Notes: a model not told the origin generated them from the letters alone. Positions 16,333 through 26,600 are shown, numbered from the stretch's first letter. The stretch: 30,407 bases of DNA from a virus (IMGVR_UViG_3300017754_000406:1-30407), one strand, 5' to 3'. Numbers and translations: made by a program.

Positions 16333-17844
16333 TTATTGTTTATCTCCGTACTCAACTTCAAATTCTTTCTTTAGCCTAAAATATTCTTTAAGTCTTTCTT
16401 CTGCGTCTTTCTTTGCAGGAATCTTTGTCTGTCCAATAGCCTCGATATTGGTATTTAATCTATCACTCTTTGTTCTAAGAGAACCTCTTACAGCCTCATT
16501 TATGTCAGCCTTATCTCCAAGAAGCAAAGATGTTGCAGACCTTACAAAGTTTGTTTTACCTATAGGATTACCATTTTTATCGAAGAATGGTACTGTTTTT
16601 GTGATACCGCTTGGCAGAAGCAGGTCAAACCCAGTCTTTGTTCTATTTGCCTGAGTAACAGACTCAAGACCATTGAAATAACCTGTTGCTGCTGTAGCCT
16701 CCTGATCGTCACCAGAATATATTTGACCAAGCAAGTTCCCAATGTCTCTTGTTGACTCCTTAGTTTTTGCCCAAGCTAGCTCAGCCTGTGTCGCTCTCTC
16801 AGGTCTGGGTTCCTGATATGGGCTAATCTTCTGGTCGAACTTAATCTGCTGCTCGATCTGTCCCTTCATAAAAGACTTAACAGCCTCGGTCTGCTCTTTG
16901 GTAAGCTGTGGGATTGGCATTCCATTTATAGTCTTTAGAAGAATAAGGTTCTTGTTTTTCTTTGCCTCTTCGTCACTAAATGTATAGTCAAATGCCTGCC
17001 CTGTAGACTGCTCAATACCAATGTTGTTTGTTAAAACTGAAGATGCAGAAAGTGGAGAAACAAGATAAGATTCAATAGCATCATTAATTGCTTTCTGGTA
17101 TCCGGGTCGCTTCATGGCGTCCTCTGTTGTGATAACAAGACCAGCCCTTGTAGAACTGCCTCTCTGAACTTCAGCCTTAATATATTCAGCAAGTCTACTT
17201 GAGATTGACCTGTTTGCCTCATCAACATCAAAGTAGTCCCATCTTCCTTTAATCCTATTGCTCATTGAATCAACAGAAACATTTTCCTTAAGCTCAAGAA
17301 CTCCAGTCTCTTTGTTTTTATTAAATAAGCCAACTCCAACAGTACCATCTGAAGGGTTAAGAGTGTACTCTGCATCTAAAAAATTATAGTACCCTTCAGC
17401 AGTTGCCATCAGATACGTCTCAAGCTTCTGGGATTTATTTTTTGGATCAGTACTTTTCATTCGCTCCATCTTAATCTTGTACTCATCCTGATATTCTTTA
17501 GTTAGATTGAACAGTCTTTTTGTTCCATCTATCATGTTCTGTCTCTTAATACTCCATTCCTTTGGGTCTAATAACCCGTTCTTAAGAAGCCTATCATCAA
17601 GAAGTCTTTGCTGCTGTGCTTTATCTGAAAAGGTTAATATCTTTCTGTTCTGATCTCTGTCCTCCCCCTGAGGCGTATTAGATAACATCTCGCCATAATC
17701 ACGTGTGGCTTTATCAATAGCAGCCTTTTTCTCTTCACGAATCCTTTTCTCCTCAAGTAATGTATCAGAAAGATTCTTGCTTATCTCTGCCCAGTTTACA
17801 AAACTGTCGGCGTTCCTCTCGGCGTACTTAAAATATGTTGCCAT
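16333..17844 (-). CDS. Putative internal virion/ejection protein
   Basis: 503 aa with N-terminal coiled-coil; lies between the small Ala/Gln-rich and the giant ejection proteins, as T7 gp15/P22 gp20 do by position. Confidence 0.65.
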   Translation of the reverse strand: MATYFKYAERNADSFVNWAEISKNLSDTLLEEKRIREEKKAAIDKATRDYGEMLSNTPQGEDRDQNRKILTFSDKAQQQRLLDDRLLKNGLLDPKEWSIKRQNMIDGTKRLFNLTKEYQDEYKIKMERMKSTDPKNKSQKLETYLMATAEGYYNFLDAEYTLNPSDGTVGVGLFNKNKETGVLELKENVSVDSMSNRIKGRWDYFDVDEANRSISSRLAEYIKAEVQRGSSTRAGLVITTEDAMKRPGYQKAINDAIESYLVSPLSASSVLTNNIGIEQSTGQAFDYTFSDEEAKKNKNLILLKTINGMPIPQLTKEQTEAVKSFMKGQIEQQIKFDQKISPYQEPRPERATQAELAWAKTKESTRDIGNLLGQIYSGDDQEATAATGYFNGLESVTQANRTKTGFDLLLPSGITKTVPFFDKNGNPIGKTNFVRSATSLLLGDKADINEAVRGSLRTKSDRLNTNIEAIGQTKIPAKKDAEERLKEYFRLKKEFEVEYGDKQ

Positions 17845-17857
17845 CTATTGTTTCTAT

Positions 17858-18814
17858 TTATCTAGGCATTAAGTAATCAGCCCAATTTATAGCATATGGA
17901 TTCAATACTCTTGGGGCCAAAGAAGGAACCCTCATTGCGCCAAGTCTAGTTGAAGGACCTGTATACGGAGCAGCCATTTCCATTGACGGACCAATCATTC
18001 CTTGTTGAGGAGCTTTAAGTCTTGGATCATAGCTCATGCCCGGAGCAAAAGCAGATCTAAGCGACTTGATATATTCAGGGCTCTGCTTGGACATAAAATC
18101 CATGAACTGATCTCCTGCCATTTTACCAACACCAGAAAGATTAGCAAACTGTGGATTTGCTGCGCCAAACTGACTGAGCTGTTGCTGAAGCTGATCAGAT
18201 GTTAGCCCAGCTTTTGATGCTGACTTTTGAAGTCTGCTAAGTTGTCTGCCTGCTGCGCCTTTCTGAAATAGAGGAATCATTTGAACACCCTGCTGGATCA
18301 TACTAGTAACCCCTTCCATTCCTTGCTGAATAGCCTGAGCCCTAGCCGCCTGAGCATCTGCTGCCGCCTGCTGCGCTCCTGCTGCCTCCTCTAAGTTTAG
18401 TTGGATGCCAATATCTCTATTTACCATACCTTGCTCAGCCGTTGCCATCTCAAGACCCATAAGCTCTTGACCCATTGCGCCTCTAATATCTCCCTGAGCC
18501 TCTTGCTGAGCCATTTGAACTCGACCAACTCCAGCTCCTGCACCCCTAGACTCCCCCTCTCTTAACGCCTCAATAGCCTGAGCACCGGCAGAAAGTGTCG
18601 CCTCGCGTTCTAATTGATATGGCTCCTTTTGTATTCCAATAGCCTCATAAAGATTTACCTCAGCAGCCTTCTCAGCTTCCAGATATGCTTTCTCTGCATC
18701 TGATTTAGCCTGACGCTGAAGCTTACCTTGTTTATTGGCCTGAGCAAAAGACAACCCTGTCCCTGCCGCAGTTGCTGCCAGACCAGCTATTGCTAATGAT
18801 GTTGCTACTGCCAT
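17858..18814 (-). CDS. Putative internal virion/ejection (pilot-like) protein
   Basis: Hydrophobic Ala/Gly N-terminus MAVATSLAIAGLAATAAGTGLSF followed by Ala/Gln-rich helices; position and composition resemble T7 gp14/P22 gp7. Confidence 0.7.
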   Translation of the reverse strand: MAVATSLAIAGLAATAAGTGLSFAQANKQGKLQRQAKSDAEKAYLEAEKAAEVNLYEAIGIQKEPYQLEREATLSAGAQAIEALREGESRGAGAGVGRVQMAQQEAQGDIRGAMGQELMGLEMATAEQGMVNRDIGIQLNLEEAAGAQQAAADAQAARAQAIQQGMEGVTSMIQQGVQMIPLFQKGAAGRQLSRLQKSASKAGLTSDQLQQQLSQFGAANPQFANLSGVGKMAGDQFMDFMSKQSPEYIKSLRSAFAPGMSYDPRLKAPQQGMIGPSMEMAAPYTGPSTRLGAMRVPSLAPRVLNPYAINWADYLMPR

Positions 18815-18815
18815 A

Positions 18816-19226
18816 CTATAATGCTTTAATCATTTCACCAATATACGAATCACCCTTCACGTAGCCAAGGCCCTCGTATGTATTTATTAGGTTTGGGCTT
18901 TTGATAAGCGCGTAGCTGTATCTGTGCCCAGTATTTTTTGCCACGTTAGTAAGTGTATCAACTAGAAGCTTTATGGCATCAGACCTGTTTGGCTTCTTTC
19001 GATACGTCTTACTAGAGATTATCCAGTCAACCCAAGCCACCTTTGAATTGGTGGTATACAAAAACCCTGCACACACTGGCTCATCTCCGTCAAGAACCAT
19101 AATACCACCGGCCCCATCGCTAGGAAGGAAGTCCCTAATCGGAGGCTCCCACCCCCATTCTTTCCACCAACCAACCAGAACCTCGTCATAGTCAGATGGT
19201 TTCAGTGGCCTGATATTAAATTCCAT
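18816..19226 (-). CDS. GNAT acetyltransferase-fold virion assembly protein
   Basis: FNIRPLKPSDY N-terminus, WIISSKTYR and YEGLGY GNAT-like motifs; positional equivalent of T7 gp13/P22 gp14. Confidence 0.7.
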   Translation of the reverse strand: MEFNIRPLKPSDYDEVLVGWWKEWGWEPPIRDFLPSDGAGGIMVLDGDEPVCAGFLYTTNSKVAWVDWIISSKTYRKKPNRSDAIKLLVDTLTNVAKNTGHRYSYALIKSPNLINTYEGLGYVKGDSYIGEMIKAL

Positions 19227-19231
19227 TCCTA

Positions 19232-19239
19232 CAAAGATA
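19232..19239 (-). promoter_or_regulatory. Bacteroidota -7 promoter element TATCTTTG
   Basis: Exact TAnnTTTG in the 19-nt intergenic gap, 5 nt before the ATG of the GNAT gene; no clear -33 TTTG. Confidence 0.6.
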
Positions 19240-19245
19240 CCAAAA

Positions 19246-20085
19246 TCACGGATAGCTTTTCATTACCTCGGACTCTACGGCAAACAATTCTACCTTGGCG
19301 GTATCGCTGTTCTGTATGTCAAACACGCAGTAGTGACCAAGCACTCCATGCGACTCAGCCACCGAGTTCTTGATGAACATAATGTACGGGTCCTGAATGG
19401 GAGGTATGGTAGCCAGCGGAATTGTAGTATCGACAATGATTCTATTTAATCCTGACGGGTAGTCTACAATAATGTCAGTCACTTTACCGAAAAGGACAGC
19501 CGTATTGTATGGAGGTAATGAGTAGTACAGGATGTCTCCTATGCTCATTATTGACCCGATCGATATTGGTGTCGGGCTGATCTGGAAATTGACCTCTACA
19601 GCAGAAGGGACAGCCGAGTTGATTGTCGTAGACCTACCGATACCATTAACGCTACGTAGTGGGTACTCCTCAGGGCTTGCAGGTGTGGTTCCGGAGTTTC
19701 TAATAAAGGCAAAGAATGACTGCTCCTTCTTCTCGAACCAAGGCGCCTGAATGAATCCAGATGTCTGAAGATCAGTCTGAAGTGTAGCCTCCCACTTAGC
19801 GTCACCCTCAAGGTTCAGTGTCTTAAACAGCTTGTTCTCAAGGGGGGCATCATTAAAAACGCTAACCATTCTGGTAGACGTAAAGGCGTTCTGTGGCTGA
19901 CCTTGTCTGGTCCACCAGTCTAAGTAGAATGTGTTTCTTAAGGAGTTAACATTGTGTCGGTACAGGTTTGCTCCCTTAAAGGTGTAGAAGTAGTTATTCA
20001 TCCCAATCATCCAGTCTGGATAGTAGGAATAGAATGAGGGCCAGCCCTGAACCCCTTCGCTATGTGTAAGTGTATAGTTAGACAT
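19246..20085 (-). CDS. Tail stabilization/nozzle protein, separately encoded C-terminal part
   Basis: TLTHSE...GWPSFYSY.P...NNYFYTF...LYRH...VFNDAP..NKLFKTLNLEG...FEKKE...LGHY...ELFAV resembles the C-terminal part of crAss-like/P22 gp10-like stabilization proteins (recalled). Confidence 0.65.
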   Translation of the reverse strand: MSNYTLTHSEGVQGWPSFYSYYPDWMIGMNNYFYTFKGANLYRHNVNSLRNTFYLDWWTRQGQPQNAFTSTRMVSVFNDAPLENKLFKTLNLEGDAKWEATLQTDLQTSGFIQAPWFEKKEQSFFAFIRNSGTTPASPEEYPLRSVNGIGRSTTINSAVPSAVEVNFQISPTPISIGSIMSIGDILYYSLPPYNTAVLFGKVTDIIVDYPSGLNRIIVDTTIPLATIPPIQDPYIMFIKNSVAESHGVLGHYCVFDIQNSDTAKVELFAVESEVMKSYP

Positions 20086-20088
20086 ATA

Positions 20089-21015
20089 TTATGGACATGT
20101 ATCAAATTCAACAATAACACCGTCTGCTACCCTAAACACATCGTTCGGAGTAGGGCATGAGTTAGACTGGTACCATCCGTTTGGCAAAACATTCTCTCCG
20201 TTCTGATCAAAGAACACGCAATCGTACAGTCCAAGTATGGTCCCGTCTCCATTTACAGGGGCTGAGTAGTATGTCTGGTTCTGTGTAGACACACATGCCG
20301 TTGCTTTTGCATCAGCCATTATCGATGAAGGGAATGAAGGTAAAGCCTCTGGACATGCCACCCTAAGAGTAAAGTCATTAAGTGGACACACAGACACAAT
20401 CTTGATATTGACAATTGACGGTACACCAACAAGCTTTGGTATAACCATAACACACTCGCCCGGAGATGTTGCCGTAAAGTCAAGCTGCGTTCCTACGATT
20501 GAAACAGTCTCTGTTGTAGTTGGCGACTGGAATGCTCCACTATAATAATTATATACATCAAGAACGTGTGGGCTGTCTATAACCAATCCGCAATCACTAC
20601 CGCTATCACCAATATACACAGGCAGGTTCGGGTCACCTGTAAGGTATCCATAGGTAGGAGAACTAAGCTCATTGTATATGACACTATCATATGTAACTTG
20701 TATACCATCCGGAGCGGTAAGTGGATCAAACTTTATAATTACAGCGCCAACGTCTCCAACACTGCTACCTGTATCGATTGGTATATTGTAAACGCCAGGA
20801 GACCCAGAAAGCTCGATTACCCAATCCCCACACGAGTCAACGCATGCGGGACAAAGCTGCTGAGGAAGAAGCACGCATCCAACCAGCTCCCTTACTATGT
20901 TTCCCTCACGATAGTATCCATCAGGAGCACAGGTAGTAAGCGCAGCGTCAGTGAAGACTGCCGTAGCAGCGGCCAGCGTTGAAGCGTTTAAGTAGTATGT
21001 TGATTGTGTTGCCAT
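20089..21015 (-). CDS. Cys-rich beta-structured putative tail-tip/adhesion protein
   Basis: 308 aa, acidic, Thr/Pro/Cys-rich; related N- and C-terminal modules (VF.D......P.G.Y...CP). Confidence 0.6.
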   Translation of the reverse strand: MATQSTYYLNASTLAAATAVFTDAALTTCAPDGYYREGNIVRELVGCVLLPQQLCPACVDSCGDWVIELSGSPGVYNIPIDTGSSVGDVGAVIIKFDPLTAPDGIQVTYDSVIYNELSSPTYGYLTGDPNLPVYIGDSGSDCGLVIDSPHVLDVYNYYSGAFQSPTTTETVSIVGTQLDFTATSPGECVMVIPKLVGVPSIVNIKIVSVCPLNDFTLRVACPEALPSFPSSIMADAKATACVSTQNQTYYSAPVNGDGTILGLYDCVFFDQNGENVLPNGWYQSNSCPTPNDVFRVADGVIVEFDTCP

Positions 21016-21021
21016 ATTTAA

Positions 21022-24000
21022 TTATCCTAGACAGTCGCATTGTAAGAACTCAATAAAAGGTATACCGCCAGACACGTAGTGAGGAGGGGCACCTGTTGTG
21101 CACACATCAATTGATGTATCAGACAGGACCTCAACCGTAACCAGCTCCTCAGATACGCAGTCGTAGTAAGAAACCGTAGCAGCCTCTGTTCCTCTATTTA
21201 CTGAAACAGTATATGTAACACATCCCTCGCATCCACCACAATCGCAGCATGCATCCTGAATACCGGCCTCGCCCTCAAGATCAGAGTAGCAAAGCTCTAC
21301 AGGTACAGAGTCTCTGTAGTCCCAAATAAGGTACAGATAAGTTCCCGTAGTGGGAACAGTAAACTCAGCGTAGTTGTAGTTACCTCCGCCCTGATTAGGG
21401 GTGGCCGTTGTTGATGCAGCTATCAGAGCCTGAATGTTTGCTGGCGTATTTGTGTACAGCGTATTTGTTCTGAGGTATCTGAACTCGTCATTTAACGGAT
21501 CAAAGTTGTAGGTATCAAAACCAAACTTATTGCAGATAAGTCTCATGGTCGCTCCAGCAGGTGGTATACCTCCAGTGCCGGGGAATCCTGAAGTGGCATT
21601 ATATCTTGATACCAATGGATTAGCCGTTCCGCTAACAAACTCAACAAGGGCAGACTGAAGCGGAGAAGTGTATGTACCGTTTGTATATCTGAACTCGTTA
21701 TGAATAAACTCACCAGCCTCGCTGTCGTTTGTAACACACACCTCAATAACCGTAAGTAGATCAGCCTCAGGACATCCGACATTTACATCGATAGTGTTTC
21801 CTTCAGAAGAATATATATCTATGTATACTACATTGACATTGTTCAGGTTCTTATTTACGGTCAATGTACCAGCTGATGTCACAAGACCTGTTGTTACTGG
21901 AGTTCCATCGTATGTAGCTGTCACAGAAAATTCACCAGCAGTTACCGGCGAGTATGATACCGTTACGTCTCCAACAATGCTATTCAGCTCTACACAGTAT
22001 GAGTATGTTGATTCAGCCTCAACACTAACTGTCTGAGACCTTCCGCAGGTAATGCACTCATCCTCTTCTGGAAGCGGTATCGGGTTTGAACTCAGCACAT
22101 ACTCGTCCATGTACGGATCAAATCCACCAAGCTTCTGCGTATTGAATGATGCAATAAACTCATCGCGGAACCAAGTACGCATACCCTCCTCTGAGATGAC
22201 AGTAAGCTTATCGCTGTTGTATGAGTCTCCCTTAAGCTGAATAACCGCACCTCTTTTGGCGTCAGTAAAGTATCTGTCATAACCCCACTGAACATAGCTC
22301 TCAGGATTAAAGCTGATACCATACTTCTCGACTCTAGCGATCTGTGTACCCAACACCTCAGGAACTGAAGATATTGCGCCGCCACCAGCAGAGTCTGAAA
22401 GCAAGTTCTTGCCTGCAAGTACATACGATACCTTATCCTCCTGAAGTACTAGAACGTCAGTCTCTCTTCCATCAAGAACATATATAGGACCAAAAGAATC
22501 TTCAAGTGGCTTAAAGTCTAAAAGACCTAAGTTAAACTCGTTAAGCTTGTTGACATTACTCTCGTCGTTATATACACCACTATATGTTATGTCGGCAAAT
22601 CTGTCGGCCTCCTTGTAGTCCTGAGACGATGTTGTCGTAACACGGTTACCCAAGTTAAATGTCTTGCCAACAATTGAGTCCCTTATCTTGTAGCTCTCTG
22701 CACCGTTTCCAAACGCAAAGCAGTTAAAGAATCCAGTGTCAATAATGGCAGGAATGCCAAGCCCTATGTCCTGATTCTGTACGTTTCCGTCATGGTCTCC
22801 AGTTGCCATATCAATAGCAAACGACAGGTCGTTTTCATACCACACATCTGGCAGCGCATCGCTAGGCTCGGTCTCAAATATCAGAGTGGTATTTGCACGG
22901 AACACCTGAATGTTGGCCTCAACCTTAGAACGTCTTTTCTTTTCTGCAAAAATTCCAGAGCATCCTCTTGTAGCCCTTACCAATAAAAATAGCTGATTTG
23001 TTACTGTGTCTCTATAGAATCTGTAGTAGTTATTACAAGCATCGCCTCCAACACCAACATCCAATGGTGAAGCAGCCAGAGTCGGTTCCCATATATTGTC
23101 AATAGGACAAGAGCCTGCGCCTACCTCTTTAATACCATCATCAAGAATACCATCAACATTATCACCTACCCACCAGTCGTACATATTATCGTAGCTAGCC
23201 GATGCAGTAAGCGTCTTCTCTAATGTATAAATTCTTTTCTCGCAGGCATTGTTGCCATCACCAGTACCAAGACGCTCGGTCTTAATGTATATCTTAATTC
23301 TACTTCCAGCAGGTACCGTATAGTCGACGTATGTTCCGGGAGTCGTAGTGCTTTCTACGTTCATTGGGTACTGAAGGACAGGTCCAGCAAGAGGACTAAG
23401 CGTGCTTGCACTTTTTGATCCCGGAGCAATAGTTGCCAGAGGGTCTGCAATAACCGTAAAGTTATTTGGGCTAAGCTTCATGTATGCACCTGCCGGAGGA
23501 GTGCTACCATCTGCTGGCGATATGAAACCTTCTTCCTTGGCACCCTTCTCAAGAACTGTTGTATACACGCAAGAGCTTGTAGGCCCGTCAGTGTCTGCCT
23601 TTACAATAAGCCTATCGCCCTGCTCAACCTTTCTTGCGTTCTCACCCTCAAGCAGGAAGTATACCTGATTGGTTAGTGGGTCTAAAAAGAATAGAGAGCT
23701 GTATATTGTCTCATAGTTCTCTTGGTCAGGCTTAATGACAAACTTGTATCTGCTGGCCCAAGCAGGTGCAATCTGTGTGGTTGGTATTGTTACACGTATG
23801 CTATTCTTCTGATCAGAAAACTGACACGGAACGTGCTCGGTGTTCTCAGGACTCACAAGAGCGGTAGTGGATCTGTTAAACTCATCCATGTACACGATAC
23901 CAATCTCATAGCCCCTGTTGCTGTGCAAGCTTCTAGGGTTTGCTATCTCTTGGAAAGTGGCGTTAGCATATGTCACTTCGTAGTACTCGTACACGTTCTG

Positions 24001-25665
24001 TGTCGGAGTGGTAGTGTTGTTTACATACCTCATGGCCGTAAACTGAAAACCAATCACGTCACTACCCGGAGATGTAATAATTGTTATAGGCTCTCCATCC
24101 GCATCAATACCAGCAGCATACTTTGTAAAAGCGTCAAGGTTGTTTGGCAGAGCACAGTTAACCTGATCAGTAAATGTAATACCATCGCATGATGTTGGGT
24201 TACCCGGAACGGGATCGAATACAGGCTTGATGTTTGCAATTGTCCCCACCACATCCTGAAACGCTTGGCTTGTAGCCATCTCGTAAACAGAGTTGTAGCT
24301 TGTAGGAAGCGAGAATGAGAAAGTCACATCAATGTTCTGAGAAGTCTCTGTAGGACGAGGAGTGTACCCAGAGAATGAGTCATGAGATAATGTAATCTCA
24401 ATGTTGAATGCCGCACCCTCTACCAAGTTTCCTGCCACGCTAGACAGGTCGATCTGAAGAACGCTATTATCAATTGTCTCAGGACCATCAATATTGTATG
24501 TTCCGGTAGCTGTAGTATCGGGCAGATCAGTGTTACCAATAATCTCAGTAACAAGGTCAGTATAGTACTCAAGCCTAACAGGATTGCCGTCCTTGTCTAT
24601 CATGTTGTATCCCTCAACGTAGTTTCCATACATCAAGCGGTTACCCATAATAGTTTGGGCCTTGGCAAATCTTGGCACGTTATCGTAGAGCCTCAGGATC
24701 TCAGCCTCTGGAAGTACCGTAAATATTTTGCTATTAGTAAATGTATATGTGTAGTCTGTATTGTCAGCCAGACCAAGCTCAGACTTGTCAAGCTTCTCAA
24801 TTACCTTAATGATGTTGCTGCCAGCCTCCTTAAACAAAAGGTCAATCCCCTTAACAAGCGGTCCACCTGTATTATATGTTATGATTGAGGTGTTTGCCGC
24901 ATTGACCATGCCCTCGTTCAGGTAGCTAGTAATGTCAAACTCAAATGGGTTTGGCAAAAACGCAGGTGCAGAGAACTGTGAAGTGGCGGAATACTCGTTG
25001 TCGTCGTATCTGTATCTGTATGCAAAGCAGATAAACCTAGTCTCCATGAAGTTCTCCTGACCAACAGTCTTAATCTCCTGAACACCCGGAGACTCAACAG
25101 GCGGCTTCTTGATAACAAGTATTGACTCAGCAGAGAACTGATCCACGTTGCCAATAGGGTTTGGATATAGCGTATTGATGTTTATCTTCCTAGGAGCGTT
25201 ATAGTCGTCTGTAAAGAACAGAAGATTGTCTACTATGTTGACGCCTGTAATAAGGAAGGCGGGGTCAAAGTTGAGCGTGGTATTAGTACCACCACCATCA
25301 TCAATACTGATAACATGATATGTAAGTACGCTTGTTTCTATATTAAATGACACGATCATGTCAAGGTATCCAGTAGATCCTACAGGAAAATTAGGGTCGT
25401 GTACAAACCAATATATAGTCTCTCTGGCCCCGTCCTCAAGCGCTCCGATACATCTAGCGTCAACACTAAGCTGTGTCCCGTCAATGTACTGAAGAGCGGT
25501 CAGTGGAAGGTTGCCTTTAGTGTTCTCAATTACACCAATCTCTGACATCTCGGTTGAACCCATACGCACATTCATTGCGTCAATGTATTCACCATTTGGC
25601 ACAAGTCGCTCGTCGACGACCTTGTTCATCTTACCAGCCGTAAAGTTCCTAGTCAGGTTTGGCAT
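21022..25665 (-). CDS. Tail stabilization/nozzle (muzzle-like) protein, N-terminal part with Cys-rich C-terminal extension
   Basis: GKMNK..DERLVPNGEYIDAMNVR start; NLLFFTDDYNAPRKINI; FAYRYRYDDNEYS; YDNVPRFAKAQ..GNRLMYGNY; GISFNPES; YFTDAKRGAV motifs. Confidence 0.8.
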   Translation of the reverse strand: MPNLTRNFTAGKMNKVVDERLVPNGEYIDAMNVRMGSTEMSEIGVIENTKGNLPLTALQYIDGTQLSVDARCIGALEDGARETIYWFVHDPNFPVGSTGYLDMIVSFNIETSVLTYHVISIDDGGGTNTTLNFDPAFLITGVNIVDNLLFFTDDYNAPRKININTLYPNPIGNVDQFSAESILVIKKPPVESPGVQEIKTVGQENFMETRFICFAYRYRYDDNEYSATSQFSAPAFLPNPFEFDITSYLNEGMVNAANTSIITYNTGGPLVKGIDLLFKEAGSNIIKVIEKLDKSELGLADNTDYTYTFTNSKIFTVLPEAEILRLYDNVPRFAKAQTIMGNRLMYGNYVEGYNMIDKDGNPVRLEYYTDLVTEIIGNTDLPDTTATGTYNIDGPETIDNSVLQIDLSSVAGNLVEGAAFNIEITLSHDSFSGYTPRPTETSQNIDVTFSFSLPTSYNSVYEMATSQAFQDVVGTIANIKPVFDPVPGNPTSCDGITFTDQVNCALPNNLDAFTKYAAGIDADGEPITIITSPGSDVIGFQFTAMRYVNNTTTPTQNVYEYYEVTYANATFQEIANPRSLHSNRGYEIGIVYMDEFNRSTTALVSPENTEHVPCQFSDQKNSIRVTIPTTQIAPAWASRYKFVIKPDQENYETIYSSLFFLDPLTNQVYFLLEGENARKVEQGDRLIVKADTDGPTSSCVYTTVLEKGAKEEGFISPADGSTPPAGAYMKLSPNNFTVIADPLATIAPGSKSASTLSPLAGPVLQYPMNVESTTTPGTYVDYTVPAGSRIKIYIKTERLGTGDGNNACEKRIYTLEKTLTASASYDNMYDWWVGDNVDGILDDGIKEVGAGSCPIDNIWEPTLAASPLDVGVGGDACNNYYRFYRDTVTNQLFLLVRATRGCSGIFAEKKRRSKVEANIQVFRANTTLIFETEPSDALPDVWYENDLSFAIDMATGDHDGNVQNQDIGLGIPAIIDTGFFNCFAFGNGAESYKIRDSIVGKTFNLGNRVTTTSSQDYKEADRFADITYSGVYNDESNVNKLNEFNLGLLDFKPLEDSFGPIYVLDGRETDVLVLQEDKVSYVLAGKNLLSDSAGGGAISSVPEVLGTQIARVEKYGISFNPESYVQWGYDRYFTDAKRGAVIQLKGDSYNSDKLTVISEEGMRTWFRDEFIASFNTQKLGGFDPYMDEYVLSSNPIPLPEEDECITCGRSQTVSVEAESTYSYCVELNSIVGDVTVSYSPVTAGEFSVTATYDGTPVTTGLVTSAGTLTVNKNLNNVNVVYIDIYSSEGNTIDVNVGCPEADLLTVIEVCVTNDSEAGEFIHNEFRYTNGTYTSPLQSALVEFVSGTANPLVSRYNATSGFPGTGGIPPAGATMRLICNKFGFDTYNFDPLNDEFRYLRTNTLYTNTPANIQALIAASTTATPNQGGGNYNYAEFTVPTTGTYLYLIWDYRDSVPVELCYSDLEGEAGIQDACCDCGGCEGCVTYTVSVNRGTEAATVSYYDCVSEELVTVEVLSDTSIDVCTTGAPPHYVSGGIPFIEFLQCDCLG

Positions 25666-25666
25666 A

Positions 25667-26590
25667 TTACTTTATCATCTTGTCCAGTCCACGAAGGTTC
25701 ATCAACAAACGACCGGGATGGATATTACTGATTCTGATTTTTGCGTTACGAAGAAGCGCCTGCTTCTCTTTTCTAGCACGTGCTACAATATACTCCTGAA
25801 CACCAAGCTTGGAGTTAAGTATCTCGTACTGAATGTAAGCGTATACATATTTCTCAAAAAGCTTATTGACAGACACCGAAGCATCGTTTCCGTTTTCCAT
25901 ACCGTCAGACACGTACTCAAGAATACACAGCTGGTCTCTCATGTCGGATGAGAAGTTAATCACGCCTGCCTTCTTGTTGATATTGAACGTGGGATTAAAG
26001 TTAGCCGTCTCAGTATTCAGACCATAACGCTCACCAAACTGAGCATCAAAATACCACAGGCCATTAACATTCCATCCCTCCTGTCCATCATATGGGTTGC
26101 CCGGATTTAGATAGATGCTCTTCTTTGTTCCCTTCAGCCTATCGAAGTCGATTGTGGAGTTCTGAGGCTCCAGCACGTTCCCATTGATGTCGAAAAGAAT
26201 GTTGGCATTATTGTCCTGAAGGTACGCGCCTGAATAAATTGTCTGAATGTTTTCGGACAAAGGACGAAGGTATCCATCTCTATACAATGAGATGCGCACC
26301 CAGTTGACGTAGTCTGATGGTAGTACATAGATTAGATTTTCTCCGACCGTAAGCTCGAGAACTTTAATTTCTTTGAAGGCGTCATAGTTCAGTTCCTGAA
26401 CAGCACGCTTAGCATGGAACAGAATCTTATACCTGTCCTCGTTGTTTACCAGAGAGTGGTTTCCAGCATACATCAACATGAAGTTGTTGACAATATCTTC
26501 TAAGCTAACATACTGATATGAACCCCAGTTTGCATCCTGAGGACTGTTGCCATTATTGTCGTAGTACTGATATTGAGATATGTAGGCCAT
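25667..26590 (-). CDS. Tail ring/adaptor (tubular) protein
   Basis: VSLEDIVNNF...FHAKRAVQELNYD...LPSDYVNWVRIS...ILEYVSDG motifs; directly upstream of the stabilization gene. Confidence 0.72.
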   Translation of the reverse strand: MAYISQYQYYDNNGNSPQDANWGSYQYVSLEDIVNNFMLMYAGNHSLVNNEDRYKILFHAKRAVQELNYDAFKEIKVLELTVGENLIYVLPSDYVNWVRISLYRDGYLRPLSENIQTIYSGAYLQDNNANILFDINGNVLEPQNSTIDFDRLKGTKKSIYLNPGNPYDGQEGWNVNGLWYFDAQFGERYGLNTETANFNPTFNINKKAGVINFSSDMRDQLCILEYVSDGMENGNDASVSVNKLFEKYVYAYIQYEILNSKLGVQEYIVARARKEKQALLRNAKIRISNIHPGRLLMNLRGLDKMIK

Positions 26591-26600
26591 CTATTTATTT

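Noticed and set aside
7697-16654. Numerous + strand ORFs of 60-150 aa opposite the giant and 503-aa genes
   Set aside because: Ser/Leu/Phe-rich antisense shadows of Lys/Glu-rich coding sequence, without start context
20089-25665. Diversity-generating retroelement target in tail genes
   Set aside because: No reverse transcriptase and no template/variable repeat pair seen in this window
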